The notes beneath the pieces are model-generated. The model did no database searches. It was not told where the DNA came from and worked only from the letters and a program-made list of their open reading frames with translations. From Amoebidium appalachense (taxonomy: Eukaryota > Protista > Ichthyosporea), in assembly GCA_963693365.1 (NCBI GenBank), contig CAVNZM010000001.1, positions 3,550,907 to 3,614,906 of the forward strand: a DNA stretch of 64,000 nt, read 5' to 3'. This document shows, in pieces, positions 26,591 to 39,236 of this stretch. Position numbers and translations under genes: made by a program. Each line of letters begins with the position of its first letter. The first letter of the stretch is position 1.

Positions 26591-28172
26591 ATGTACACAC
26601 CAGCCCCCCGGGGTCCCAGGAGCACACATGCGCATGCACACCTCATAATAAAGGGGCCGGATGCTCCCCGGACCCCCCTCCCCTCCCCCGCCGTCCCGGC
26701 TCTCTGTCCACTACACAGTGTTGAACCGTGATATGCAGCTTTCCTCTTTCTCTCGCTCCCTCTCCTCTCCCCCTCCCCCCCCCCCCCCCCCTCTCCTTCT
26801 CTCTCTCTCCCCCCCCCCCTCATACACACACACGTGCACACCCCGCCTGCACCAAGTGCCCGCGGCGGTCACATTCCCCCCCCGCGGCCCCCCCCCCCCC
26901 CCCCCCCCCCTCCCCTCCCCCTTCCCCTCCTCTCCCCCCTCTCCCCCCCCCCCCCCCCCCCCCCCCCCCGCCTTGCAGCCCCTAACCCCGCGGAAGCAAT
27001 GAAAGTTCTAGACGTCAATGAGTTCGCGTCCAGAGAGGGGTCAGAGCCCCACGTGAATTCAAACTTGTAAGGCTAAACACATGGATTCAGTGGCAGGTAG
27101 CCTCGGGAAGGCAAATCGTCGACGTCGCTATGGTGTTGCATTAGACCTGTCCATCGGATTGGGCGAAGCTGAAAACAATACGGACCAATGAATCAGCGCA
27201 TAATCAAATACGGTAACGTTTTACTGTGATACAATCATACAACGCGGATAAAAGTTTTGTTTCGCTTTTAAACTTGTACATATTAATTATAACAGTCTAA
27301 CTTGATGCATATGGTTTGGGGTAAAATAGGATGTTGCCGGTTGGTGCTGATAAACGGCAATCCCGTCTAAGGCAGCTTTTTAGAAGCTGTATTGTACATA
27401 TTCATGGTAAAGAACCAAATGAAGCACTTTCATATATTAAATAGAGTATGTATGAAAAATCTGTACATAAAGAAATGCACAAACCTGACCCTAGAAACAA
27501 TGTACCGAGTCCGACCCCATTGGGCGTTCCATAGATCTAGATAGTAGCCCTTGCCAACCAATCCACGGAGGCTCCGTTTCAAGAAATCCGACTCCTATTG
27601 GATACAAGTCAGGTAGTCTCAGCACCGGTATGCAACGATAGCAACGAGACCCGATAGTCCTCCCCGATGTCGCCATCCATCTCTTGTGCATAGCCACACA
27701 GACACACTGGAGAGTGCCACGTTTCATGTTTACGTTTTAGTTTTTCTTTTTCTACATAGTGATAACACACCTCAACCTTCTCTGCTCCAGGGCCCCAGTG
27801 TTTTTTGGTTTCAGTGTTACGGTTAACGTACCCGGCCGAACTTTGTCAAAACGGAAAGGGCGAACGACTCAATTCCTACGAGTTCTTGCTCTTCTGTAAA
27901 ACGAAAGCGAGCATAGCTCCCTACAGCCAGCACAAATCTAATGCTCCCGGCACTAAAAGAGGAGAGATTCTTACTACCCAGCTAGTTTACTGATTATCAC
28001 CGGAATACAAACCGAGCACGCTTCTAAAAGCATATATATGACCTGTATTCCCATCAGTGCCTTTGAAACAGTTGGCTTGGGAAACACGGTCGCTGGATTC
28101 GTTTTGAAAGGCGAAAACCTCTGTTTGGAAGGACACCTCTGTTTTGGAAAACACACAACTAAAAGTTAGAAA

Positions 28173-28703
28173 ATGAGTAATTTTGACACGAGTTCTGATA
28201 GCTTGTCAGACAACTTCCAGTCACAAGGACACTCACAGCAGCAAAACCAACAGCAACCACAGCCAAAGAAAAGGTGAGGATTGCAGGATGGACATCGCAG
28301 TTGTCTTACTCTGTTTAGCCTTAATACTCTTAGCCAATCATTACTTCGGGTTTCTGATGTGCACCGTAACAGCAGTACGGATACGTGGGCAAAAAACTGG
28401 TGCAGTTTGGATTTGATGTGTGTTTCCTGACCACCCAACAAAGCTCATTGATTGTTAAATTCACACTGCCATTTGTATTCCCTGATTTGTTGGTAGCTAT
28501 GTGAGATGTATATCTATTGCCCGCTATACAGAGCTGTCCGGAATCCTCTAAAGAGCAGGACAGTTTCGTCCAATATTTCAGATTATCTAATACTTCTATG
28601 ACTCTTGCTCAGGCATCGTGATGTCGCTAGGCACAACGAACTGGAACGTATTCGGGTGAGTTGTCAACCTCCCCCCCCCCCCCCCCCCCCTCCTCCCCAA
28701 CTC

Positions 28704-28750
<47 letters not shown>

Positions 28751-29952
28751 ACACTCACACACACACTCACACACACACCCACACTTACACACATTCACTC
28801 ACACACTCACACACACTCACTCACACACTCGCACACACTTACACACACCACCCCATCCTCGAACCCGTCCCTCCTCTCTTACTCTTTCTCCTTCAATTTC
28901 TTCTCTGTTTTGTGGTTGCTTGCAGTCACTTCTAAACCTAAAAGTGGCGCGCTTACTTTCCTGGTTCTGCACGTCTGCGAGATATGAGTATTCCCGTGTT
29001 TCTGATATATAAACAAGAATGTGTTTGTGTCCATCTCTCCGTAAACACGCACGTGCATGGTGCGCATAAAAAGGATAATGAAGGTATCCAGATGCAAAGT
29101 GACTCTGAAAGTTTTCCGAGAGAACGGGGCAACCCAAATTATAACAAATCAGACCTCCTTTAGTGCCCCTGTGGTGCGCTTTTAGCTACCATGCACCATG
29201 ACATGCACGTTCAATAAATTTGCAACGGTATGTAGTGTTGTTTTCTAAATAGCTGTGTTTTGTGCACCCACAGAGAGAAACCATCAAGAGCTGCTTCACC
29301 AACCTACGTGACAATGTGCCTACAATGACCAATGAACGCATGGCGTCGCGCACAATGATTCTGTACAAGACCAAGGAGTATATCATACAGATGACGGACT
29401 TCACAAAGGGCATGGAAGGAGAGGTAAGCCTGCCCCCCCCCCTCCCCCCTCTTGTTCTTTCCGTGGTCAGTCAGTCAAATGCAATGTCATGTCGGATGAT
29501 TGTTTAAGCGTTTGACTCAACCTGCAGTATCATCATGATCTAGGCCTGCCGCGGTGCCCTAGCACACTATCAAACAAACTAATAACATGCCGTCTCACCC
29601 ACAGGTCAAGCAGCTGACGGATGCCAACAAGCAGCTTTATGCGGAGATTGCACAGCTGGAGCTCAGCATCATGTCACTGCAGTACCAGACAGGCATGGTT
29701 AACCCCATGTCCGGCCCCGGCATGGTTAACCCCATGGGTATGGGTATGGGCCCCGGCCCGAGGATGGGCATGGGGGGACCCATGATGGGGGGTCCTATGG
29801 GTCCCATGGGAGGCCCGATGGGGGGGCCCATGGGCCCGGGTATGGGAGGTATGATGGGCCCCGGGGGACATCACCACGGCCCGAACGGGTTTGGTTTTCC
29901 AATGATGCACTCGCAGTCTATGGACGGGTTGGGTAACGGAATGATGGTGTGA
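28173..29952 (+). CDS. MAX: Max/Myc-family bHLH-leucine zipper transcription factor, 4 exons, 213 aa
   Basis: Exons 28173-28273, 28613-28655, 29274-29423, 29605-29952 (642 nt, GT-AG, phases 2/0/0). RHNELERIRRETIKSCFTNLRDNVPTMTNERMASRTMILYKTKEYIIQM..EVKQLTDANKQLYAEIAQLE parallels Max [43 protein letters not shown]. Exact subfamily not proven. Confidence 0.88.
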
Positions 29953-31426
29953 GGGCGGAAATCACAAAGTTGAAATTTCCGGTATTCGAATCCCGACCGG
30001 GAACGGTTTTTTGCAGTTCTGTCGCCTGGCGAACTTCAATTGGAGAACTTGGCACCTCAAAATCCTCATCGTGAAAGCCCGTTGGTCCTGTTGTATGTAT
30101 AGTAGGTCTTGATGTTCTGCGTTGTTACCCTGGCACCAAGTATGGTTATATTTTCGGACTCATGTATCGACATTCTCCCCTGCTGGCACATATGGCCTGC
30201 TGGGCACGACGTAGTTGGATTGGGGTTTTTGTCTTCCGAAATTTTGGATATGCCATTTTGTTCCCACGGTGACCCTCCCCCCTGCTCATGCCCCTCCCTC
30301 ATTCTTGAGTATGTCTTAGGTGATGATGGAATGGGGTTATGACACATACTGCTGGCTCAGATCACAATGTGGTTAAGTGAAATTATTTTGACTCTAAAAC
30401 GTTTGAATGCCTACACAGCAAAACACACAAACCATAAGTCTGGGATACCGGTAACCACATGCACAGCTATCATAGGCTATGAAAAACCAAAATACGTTGC
30501 TCGTGCTTGCTTAAGTATTCTCCCTAATACTAATGTAAATAACCCCCACATCTATACACCAGGCACAGCACGGAAACCTAACAGATCTGATTAACCTCCA
30601 TTCACAACTCCATCATACATATACATATGAAATATCTGAAGGATACCAACCGTGAATGTGCAAATGTTAGAGCCAGAGGCAGATGTGTGACTGTGTCAAC
30701 ACGCCAATGCCCCTTTCCGCAGTGTTAAAATCCATCCGCTGTACTAGCCAAAACCAAAACTAGAACCCACCTCTGTATTGCGCTGCTGTGTATATAGTTG
30801 ATTTCTTTTTCCATGCTTGTGGTGGGTGTAAAGACGGTGTTATTTCTGTCTTTTGAGCTAAACACCCATGCATAAGTGGTTTTCCATCTGGTAATAAACA
30901 GGGTTCACACATGAGCTTGAGGTTCTGTGTACCAATTTGTGTCGACAATGCATATGTTGTGAATGGCACATCCCGCCCCTACTGAAGGGTACGTTCCTGC
31001 ATTTCAATCACGCCCATTTGTAAACTCGTACAAAGTGCATGTGCGGCAGTGAGCCATTGCTGTGTGCTGTGTATGGACCCCCGGCATACTGGGCCACAAT
31101 CACCGTGGCCACTGGCCCGTAAGAGACTTGTCCCCCCCCTCCCCTCCCCGGCAAAACAAAAAACACACAAAAAAGGAAGTGGAAAGAGGGAAAGGACCCT
31201 CCCCCCTCCCCCCCCTCCCCCCCCCCCCCCCAAAAAAAAAAAAAAACCCCGCGCCAAAAAAAAATAAAAATAAAAATATGGGAAAAGGGGAAAGGAACCT
31301 CCCCCCCCCCCCCCCCCTCCCCCCCCCCCTCCCCCCCCCTCCCCTCCCTCTCCCCCTCCAACCCTCGCGCCAAAACAAAAACAAAAATATGAAAAAGTGA
31401 AAAAAAGAAATAGCTAAAAAGCCTCC

Positions 31427-31485
<59 letters not shown>

Positions 31486-31609
31486 ACAACTCCCCCCCCC
31501 CCGGGCGGGCGCCAAAACTAAATTAAAAATAAAAAAAGTGAAAAAAGGAAAAGGAAAAAGGGGGTGGTGGTGGTGGTGGTGGTGGTGTTTTTTTCTTCTT
31601 TTTTTTTCT

Positions 31610-31654
<45 letters not shown>

Positions 31655-31732
31655 TGGTTTAGTACTTGAGGAAAAAAAGAGGGAAAAAAAAACAAAAAAA
31701 TCAAAAAAACCCAAGTTAACATTAAAATTCAT

Positions 31733-31764
<32 letters not shown>

Positions 31765-32104
31765 CCATCCCCCCTCTCCACACACACACACCATGTGACA
31801 CACAAGCTGTGATAACTGAATCCCCCCCCCCCCCCCCCCCTCCCGGACCCCCCCTCTCCCCGCTCTTCCCCCCTGAGGGGCTTCCAGAACAATTACTCAG
31901 TTGTGTGAATTGCCATGGCCCCCCTACACTGCAGGGCTATTATAGCCACATGTTGATCTCGAGATAGATGACAAAGAGATACTAATACTCAATTACATAG
32001 CATTTGTGGGCGGCCACGGATTTTATCATGGTCGTGACGATGGGTCCGGCGGTGACTATATTAGGCTCCATATATCTAGAGAATATTAAAGGGAAGTTGT
32101 CTGC

Positions 32105-32208
<104 letters not shown>

Positions 32209-32238
32209 TATGCATATATATATATATATATATATATA

Positions 32239-32274
<36 letters not shown>

Positions 32275-32386
32275 TACGTGTGTGTGTGTGTGTGTGTGTG
32301 TGTTTGTGTGTTTGTGCGCGTGCGTGCGCGCGCGTGTGCGTGAAGGTGTGTGCGTGCGTATATGCATGTGTCCCGGCGCCGCGGCG

Positions 32387-32418
<32 letters not shown>

Positions 32419-32669
32419 GCGTGCGTGTGGGTGTGCGTGTGTGTGTGTGTGCGTGTGTGTGCGGTGTGTGTCTTTAACGTATTTTTAAAGGAGGCCTTGG
32501 TTTCAACTTCTGAGGCTTCTCATAGCGCAGTAAAAAACAAATATATTTTGTGATTGGGCAGTTATCATACAGACGCGCGAAAATTACAAAAGAAAAAACC
32601 AAAAGAACCAAGAAGCCAGTTCACTGTGTAAGTCACTTTCTCACACACCCTTACCACACATACATACAT

Positions 32670-33564
32670 ATGGGCTATCTATCTGCAATAACATACACCT
32701 CTCTTTTGTTTCTTGCTCTGGCTGCTCTCATAGCGCACTTCACCATGTCTACAGGGCCCACGTTCGCCGAGTTTCAGCTCGAAAAAGACCCAAATTTTAC
32801 TGGGAAGAGGGCTCTTGTTGTAGGAGCAACGGGGGCCATTGGGCGTCATGTTGTCAACCAACTGTTGAAGTCAGACAAGTGGGCATCTGTAACGACGGCA
32901 ACACGAAGGCCCATTGAGTTGAGCGCGGATGAGAAGGCACATGAAAGCAAATTGAACCAAGTTGTTATTAACTTCGATAGTGTTTTGTCAGCCGCACAGA
33001 AAAATGGGTGAGGGGAAGACGGGGGAGTTGTCTGAGGATGAAAAGAAGGCTGTGGAGGCATGGAAAGGGAACGATGTTGTGTTTTGTGGGCTGGGAACGA
33101 CTAGGGCCCAGGCTGGGAGTGCAGAGGGATTTGTCAAAATCGACAGGGATTACGTCGTGGCTACAGCCAAAGTTGCAAAGGACGTCGGTGTAAAGCATTT
33201 CAGTTTGGTGAGTGCCCAGGGGGCAAATGCCAACGTATGGGCTTCGAATCTATCGATATTCCACGCGTTGCTCTACACTAAGACGAAAGGAGAGGCCGAG
33301 GAGGGGTCTGTCAAGACGGGGATCGAACGTGTGAGCATCTTCCGTCCTGGTATGCTCGAGAGAGAGAGGGGAGACAGATTTGGTGAGACGGTGGCGGCAA
33401 AGATTCTGCCGACGATTCACGTTGCGACAGTGGCAAGGGCAATGATTGCAGAGGTGGAGAGCTTTAGAGTCAAGAAGGACGGGAAGGAGCACGACCCTGG
33501 ACAGTGGGTGGCGTATTATGGTAATGGGGACATGGTTAAGTTGAGCGAGTGGGTGGGTGTGTGA
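32670..33564 (+). CDS. HTATIP2: TIP30/HTATIP2 (Fmp52-like) NAD(P)-binding oxidoreductase with N-terminal signal or membrane anchor, ~297 aa; +1 frameshift in A5 at 33000-33004
   Basis: ALVVGATGAIG Rossmann motif in the first frame; DVVFCGLGTTRAQAGSAEGFVKIDRDY, FSLVSAQGA, LYTKTKGEAE and SIFRPGML in the second. Removing one A gives AAQKMGEGK. Confidence 0.88.
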
Positions 33565-34637
33565 GTGTGCACGTGTGGAGGGTTGTTTGTGCTGGTATTT
33601 TATTTGCTTGATGAGCATACAGCTATTAGTACTATGACATAGGTTTATACGCTGGAAATCCGTTTGCTTTGATGTATTCTTGTTGTGGGCAGTGCACTGC
33701 AGTGTCTTTCTTCCATGCCCTACAAATTGCAGTGTAGGTTGGTGACATGCAAAAGGCAGGTGTTGGGGAGGGGTGGTGTAAAGGTGTTTGTGGTGGTGGG
33801 TGTTTTTTTTTGCCCCTGCCCCCCGCCCCCTTTTCTTTTTTTTTGTCTCTGAATGTCGTTCATGGGTATAAGGGGGAAGACCACAGAGTTGGGGGTGAAA
33901 GGGGATGGCAGGGAAGGTTTTGTATACTCGGTAGGTGGAAAAATGGGGATTTGCAGGAGGAGAGAGAGTGTGTTTGTGTGTGTGTGGGGGGGGGGGGGGG
34001 GGGGGGGGGAGAGGGGGGAGTGATAAAAGTGGGGAGGGAGGGAAGGGGGAGAGGGGAGAGAGAGAGGGGGCGGGGAGGGAGGGGGGTAGGGAGGCATTTC
34101 CAGACCACGGGCACGTGTGTGATGTAGGGATAGTGACTTACTTATTGTAGCCTAAATGCGAGTACTATTCCCGACCGGGTTGTGTTAATAAGATAAGCAA
34201 CTGGGTTTGTATCTACTTTGAAACTTTCGTGTATGTAAACCGTTCTTTTTGGCACCATGCACAATTGCGAACGAGTAGATTGTGGGGATCATTCAAAGTG
34301 GGGAAGAGCCTGCATATATTAATGTAGACAAAACCTGTCGGGTAATCTAAACGTAGAGTGAAGTGGTGTGCACGGCATACAGACATTTGATGTGACGCAT
34401 ATGTATGTATCCAAGTGTTGGTTGTGTGTGTATGTGCACGTTCGTGTTGAAGTGTGTATGGAAGCATTGGTGTATGCCTGTGTGTGCAGTTGCGCATGTG
34501 TGTGTGTGGGTTTTCGGATGCCTGCACGTGTGTGTGTATACATTAGGTAGGCCCCGTGGATGCTCAAGTGCACGCAATTGTGCACGGTGGTGGTGGTAGT
34601 GGTGGCCATGGTCGTGGAAGTGTGTGCGTGCTTTTTT

Positions 34638-34668
<31 letters not shown>

Positions 34669-35104
34669 AAGGGGGGGAAGGGAAGGGGGGAAAGCTGGGA
34701 GGGGCGGAGACGACCGAGTGTTTCACGCCGTATGTATATGCACATGCACGTGTACACAGCCGTTCGTTTGGCACATACAGTAATGAATGCATGTCCTTGT
34801 TTCATTTATACAGCACAAATCATCAGTCCCAATTTAATGACCGACTGTTACGGTTTACGGAAGTTTTGAATAAATTGAAGCTTATGCTCCTGATTTTGCG
34901 TAGACACTAGTAATACAACGAAATACACGCCTGTGACCACTGCTGAGGTGTTGTGATCACTTTTAGTTTTCGCCTACGACATTCATTCCATATCAACTAA
35001 ATTTAAAGATCATACACGTAGTTATCAGTCAGCTAAAGCCATGTGACCAGCAAGAGTTAAGAATTCGAACGGAAGGTTTCGGTATCCAGAGAACCAAGGT
35101 CCCC

Positions 35105-35139
<35 letters not shown>

Positions 35140-35453
35140 AGATCTCCCCCCACAAAAAAAAAAAAAAAAAAAAGGAAGAAAGAAAGAAAGAAAGGACGAA
35201 AGAAGGAAAGACAGACAGCAAGAAAGAAAGAAAGAAGAAAGGAAAGGAAACAGAGGAAAAACACACACACACACACACACACCTCGCCGTCGGCAAATTA
35301 CACAAGCGTACATGTCTTTGTGAAAGCCAGTACAACAGTATTTCCCAAAAATCATTCGTGCATATCTATCCAGCAAAAGGAGGCCATCACCAACAAAGTT
35401 TTCGTTAAAAAACATGAATATTCATTTGGAAATCACAAGTACCTCACACCTGG

Positions 35454-35688
35454 TTAAGGTCTATGTCCCGATCTCTCTATGGCGCACCTTGTATGGCAAT
35501 GTCCCCAAAAAGAAAGAGCTTTCCATAATTGGAAAAAACCAATCAGTGTGCACAATCCCATCAGCCGTCACGGTGAGCCATCGGGTGTCCCCAGGCCCCC
35601 TGACGGTGACGTGTTCACTTACGTCATCACTGACGTCATGTTGACGTCGATTTGGCGTAATGACGACATATGCCGACATAAGCCTTAA
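35454..35688. mobile_element. Putative TTAA-flanked MITE with short imperfect TIRs
   Basis: Left TTAAGGTCTATGTC versus reverse complement of right end TTAAGGCTTATGTC (12/14); interior has CCAATCA and several TGACG(TCA) motifs. Confidence 0.5.
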
Positions 35689-35757
35689 GAGCTTCTTGCA
35701 CCTGCTTGCCGCTATTTGCCCACGAAATTCATGCTGACGAATATTTATGTTGGTGGC

Positions 35758-35882
35758 TCAGGGTAGGGGGGAATGTGCTTTTGCTGCTTTCATGGCTTTG
35801 TCGAGGCTCAAAAGTGGCACCACTACTGCTGCTGAGGCGAAGGAAAGAACGACAATCAGGTTGAACACTATGAGCCACCCAT

Positions 35883-35933
<51 letters not shown>

Positions 35934-35937
35934 TGTG

Positions 35938-35980
<43 letters not shown>

Positions 35981-36611
35981 CGTGCGTGTGTATGCGCGCG
36001 CACACGCGTGTGTATGCGTGTTTGTGCATGTGCATGTGCCTATGCCTATATATACATGCATATTAGAACAACTTGTGTGTGGCCATCGCGGTTGCTTTTG
36101 CGCTCGTGCCTCGTAACTTGTGTGTGTGCGCCACGGCAAAGTTGGTGTGCATATAACGTGGAATGGGTGGGAAGGTGGGGAAAAAAAAAGTTAAGAACTA
36201 GTCCAAGGTTTGGTAGCTGGTGTTAGGTTTCGGTTTTGTGGGCCGAAAGGCTATCCGTGCTGGGGGAGGGTAGCAAGGAGGGAGGGGGGAGGGGGGTGAA
36301 AGGGTAGCTGACATGTCAAGTCACAACCTCCTTGCATCATCTCTTCCAAAAATCACTACCCCCTCTCTCTTTCCCCCCCCCCCCCTCCCCCTTCCCCCTC
36401 CTTCTTCCAGCCCCTTAGCACAGCCCTCAAGGTGCAAGGAATCGACAAACACGCAGATGATTGCAAAACACAAAACATCAAAACTAAACTACAAGAAGAA
36501 CGGCTGCTGTGCGTGTGTATTGGAGATGGGGGGGGGGGGGGGGGGGGGGGGGGGATGAGTGGGTGAGTGAGCGCGTTGGTGGCAGGAAGCGCGGGCGATG
36601 GGTGAATTAGC

Positions 36612-36657
<46 letters not shown>

Positions 36658-37527
36658 ATGTGTTCTCCAGGGCGGTGGGACACCGGGGGGAAGGGGGGGG
36701 GGGGGGTTGTGTATGCGTTAGAGGGTTGGAAATATGGAGGAGACAGCAAAGAGCAACAACAAAACGTCACAAACGTGGGCAATCCAAAATCCAAACAATA
36801 AAGCGTGCAGGCAGACGACACTTGAACAGAGCCCATCATCAGGGGAGTTCCTATGCCTCCACAAAAACATGGGTTTCGACTCTTTAACCTCTCGCGCGTG
36901 GTTCCCAACCCATACTTTGTTTCAACAGCAATAGGCGAGTCCACCCGTCTTGGCCAAAGACGAGCAGGGATGTTCAAGGAACAGAAATCTAAGAAAACAG
37001 AGTCTACAAAAACTGCAAGCAGAAAAAACCAAAGAAAACAAGCAGAGAAGTAGAGCATAAGCCGGGCTTCTACAAAGCTCCCCGACTCCCTAATCTATGG
37101 AGAAGGGGAGGGAGGGGAAAGGGGGGGGGGGGGGAGGGTGAAGAGGGGGAGGGGGGGGGGGGGGGGGCGGGGAGGGGGAAAGGGGGGGGGTTGGACATGG
37201 AGACAGAGAGAAATAGAGGGGGAACTTAACCTGGCCACTATTGTTTTATTAGAGGGTTACCCCACGTAATAAACCAATAGGTTTGACGCATGCCATTGGG
37301 GGGCAGTGCACCTGACCGGGTGGAACTTTAACGTGTTCGAACGGGTGGGTAAGCCCCTGGCGGCCAGCCAGCATTGACATCGTGCCCATGGGCTTTAGGA
37401 AGCCAAAACCGTAACTGAGTTGTATCACTTCATGTGACACGCCATATGTCGAGACCCATTGTGCACGGAGTGTAGTCGAGATACATGTGTGTGTGTATAT
37501 GATATTTGATATTGTGTGTGTGAGTAA

Positions 37528-37559
<32 letters not shown>

Positions 37560-37624
37560 AGTAGTGTAAGAATGTGCGTGTGCGTGTGTGTGAGCCTGTG
37601 TGTGTGTGTGTTTGCATGTGTCAA

Positions 37625-37663
<39 letters not shown>

Positions 37664-38069
37664 TTACATGTCTGACAAGGTGCCGACAATGAGGCCCTGG
37701 GCCACTCCACCGATGGACCCAACCCCTATATTGACCCCAATAGTCAGCTTAGCGGGTGCTTTTCTGCTGTGGTCTCTATTGGGCCAGAAATCATGCGGTG
37801 GCGGGTGGTGCATGCAAAGAAAGACACTAACAGGGCAGTGTGCAATGCATATCACCGCGCACCTATGAATCCTGGTAGGAGGGTGGGTCGTATAGCTAAA
37901 CACACAGTAAAAGCATAAAACAACGAACACATAATCTCACTAGAAAGCACACATACACACACACATGCACACTAATGCACACACATACACCAAACACATC
38001 AACACATCAACACACAAACATGTCTGTGGCTCCTTATCGCACACCTGTCTCTCCCTCCCCCCTTCCCTC

Positions 38070-38100
<31 letters not shown>

Positions 38101-38181
38101 AAATAAACAATAAAAAATAAATAAAAAATCCCTCTCCTCCCTGCCTCGAACATCCCCCCCCCCCCCCCCCCCCCCCTTCCC

Positions 38182-38274
<93 letters not shown>

Positions 38275-39150
38275 CACGAGGACACAGTGCGTACCGTTCA
38301 GAAAACCAGCCACGGCGGCCTGTATATCTCGTCCATTGTAATTTGCCAGATCGGTTGCAATCGGCCCGCTAATCAACAGATCGGCACTGTTCGCACACAA
38401 TCCAGCCACAAATATCAACACATACATGAGGTACGGTCCGACCCCGGTAGCCCCAAATCCGGCCACGACAACTGAAATTGCCAATGCGACTCCCCCGACC
38501 ACCTGATACACTGCCACACCGTGAATCAAAAGCCCCCCCAATGAATATTCGCACAGAACAATTGCAAAAGGGGCGCCCAGAGCACCCCCCACGTCGTACA
38601 TGAGGGAGAGGGTGCCGGCCTGGGCTGTGTCGTAGCCCAGAGAGGATGTTGCATACAGTGGCAGCCACATCATTAGTGCATATCTGCATGGGAAAAAATC
38701 AACCAATCAGTAAATGGAAAAATCAGTGTATGTTTGCGAGATGTGATAGGTCATACAAACTCTAAAATAGATCAACGAATCACTTAATAGATAAATGAAA
38801 TGCACCGTAAGGATAGGCCATAAATTTTTTTTTTTTGCTGAAATATATAAACAGGCCAACCAATCAGTAAATAGACAAAAGGAAGGCAATAGGGCGATAG
38901 ATCACACTTGTTCATTCTCCCTCCGAATAGAGGTAGGCAGTGTGGATTTGTGTTGGCATGTGAGTGTGTGTGTGTGTGTGCGAGTGTGTGCACGTGCATG
39001 TGTATGTGTATGGGTGGGGGTGCACATGTGCCTGCGCCTGTGGGTAAAGCTGGGTGGATTTATGGTCGGGGATGGGTTGGTAATGGTGGCCGCGCGTGAT
39101 TGGGAGGGGCATCAAGGGTGGGCTGGGCAGGCAGAGCCCGGCGGCGGCCA

Positions 39151-39181
<31 letters not shown>

Positions 39182-39197
39182 AGGGGTGGGGGGGAAG

Positions 39198-39236
<39 letters not shown>

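Noticed and set aside
20750-27130. Possible hidden spliced gene in unique islands between repeats
   Set aside because: Candidate exons gave no consistent phase chain or recognisable motif.
29978-30012. tRNA B-box-like GGTATTCGAATCCC followed by a T-run
   Set aside because: No cloverleaf or A-box could be built.
30066-32100. Short minus-strand ORF or exon candidates between the bHLH and TIP30-like genes
   Set aside because: No homology cue and no coherent gene model.
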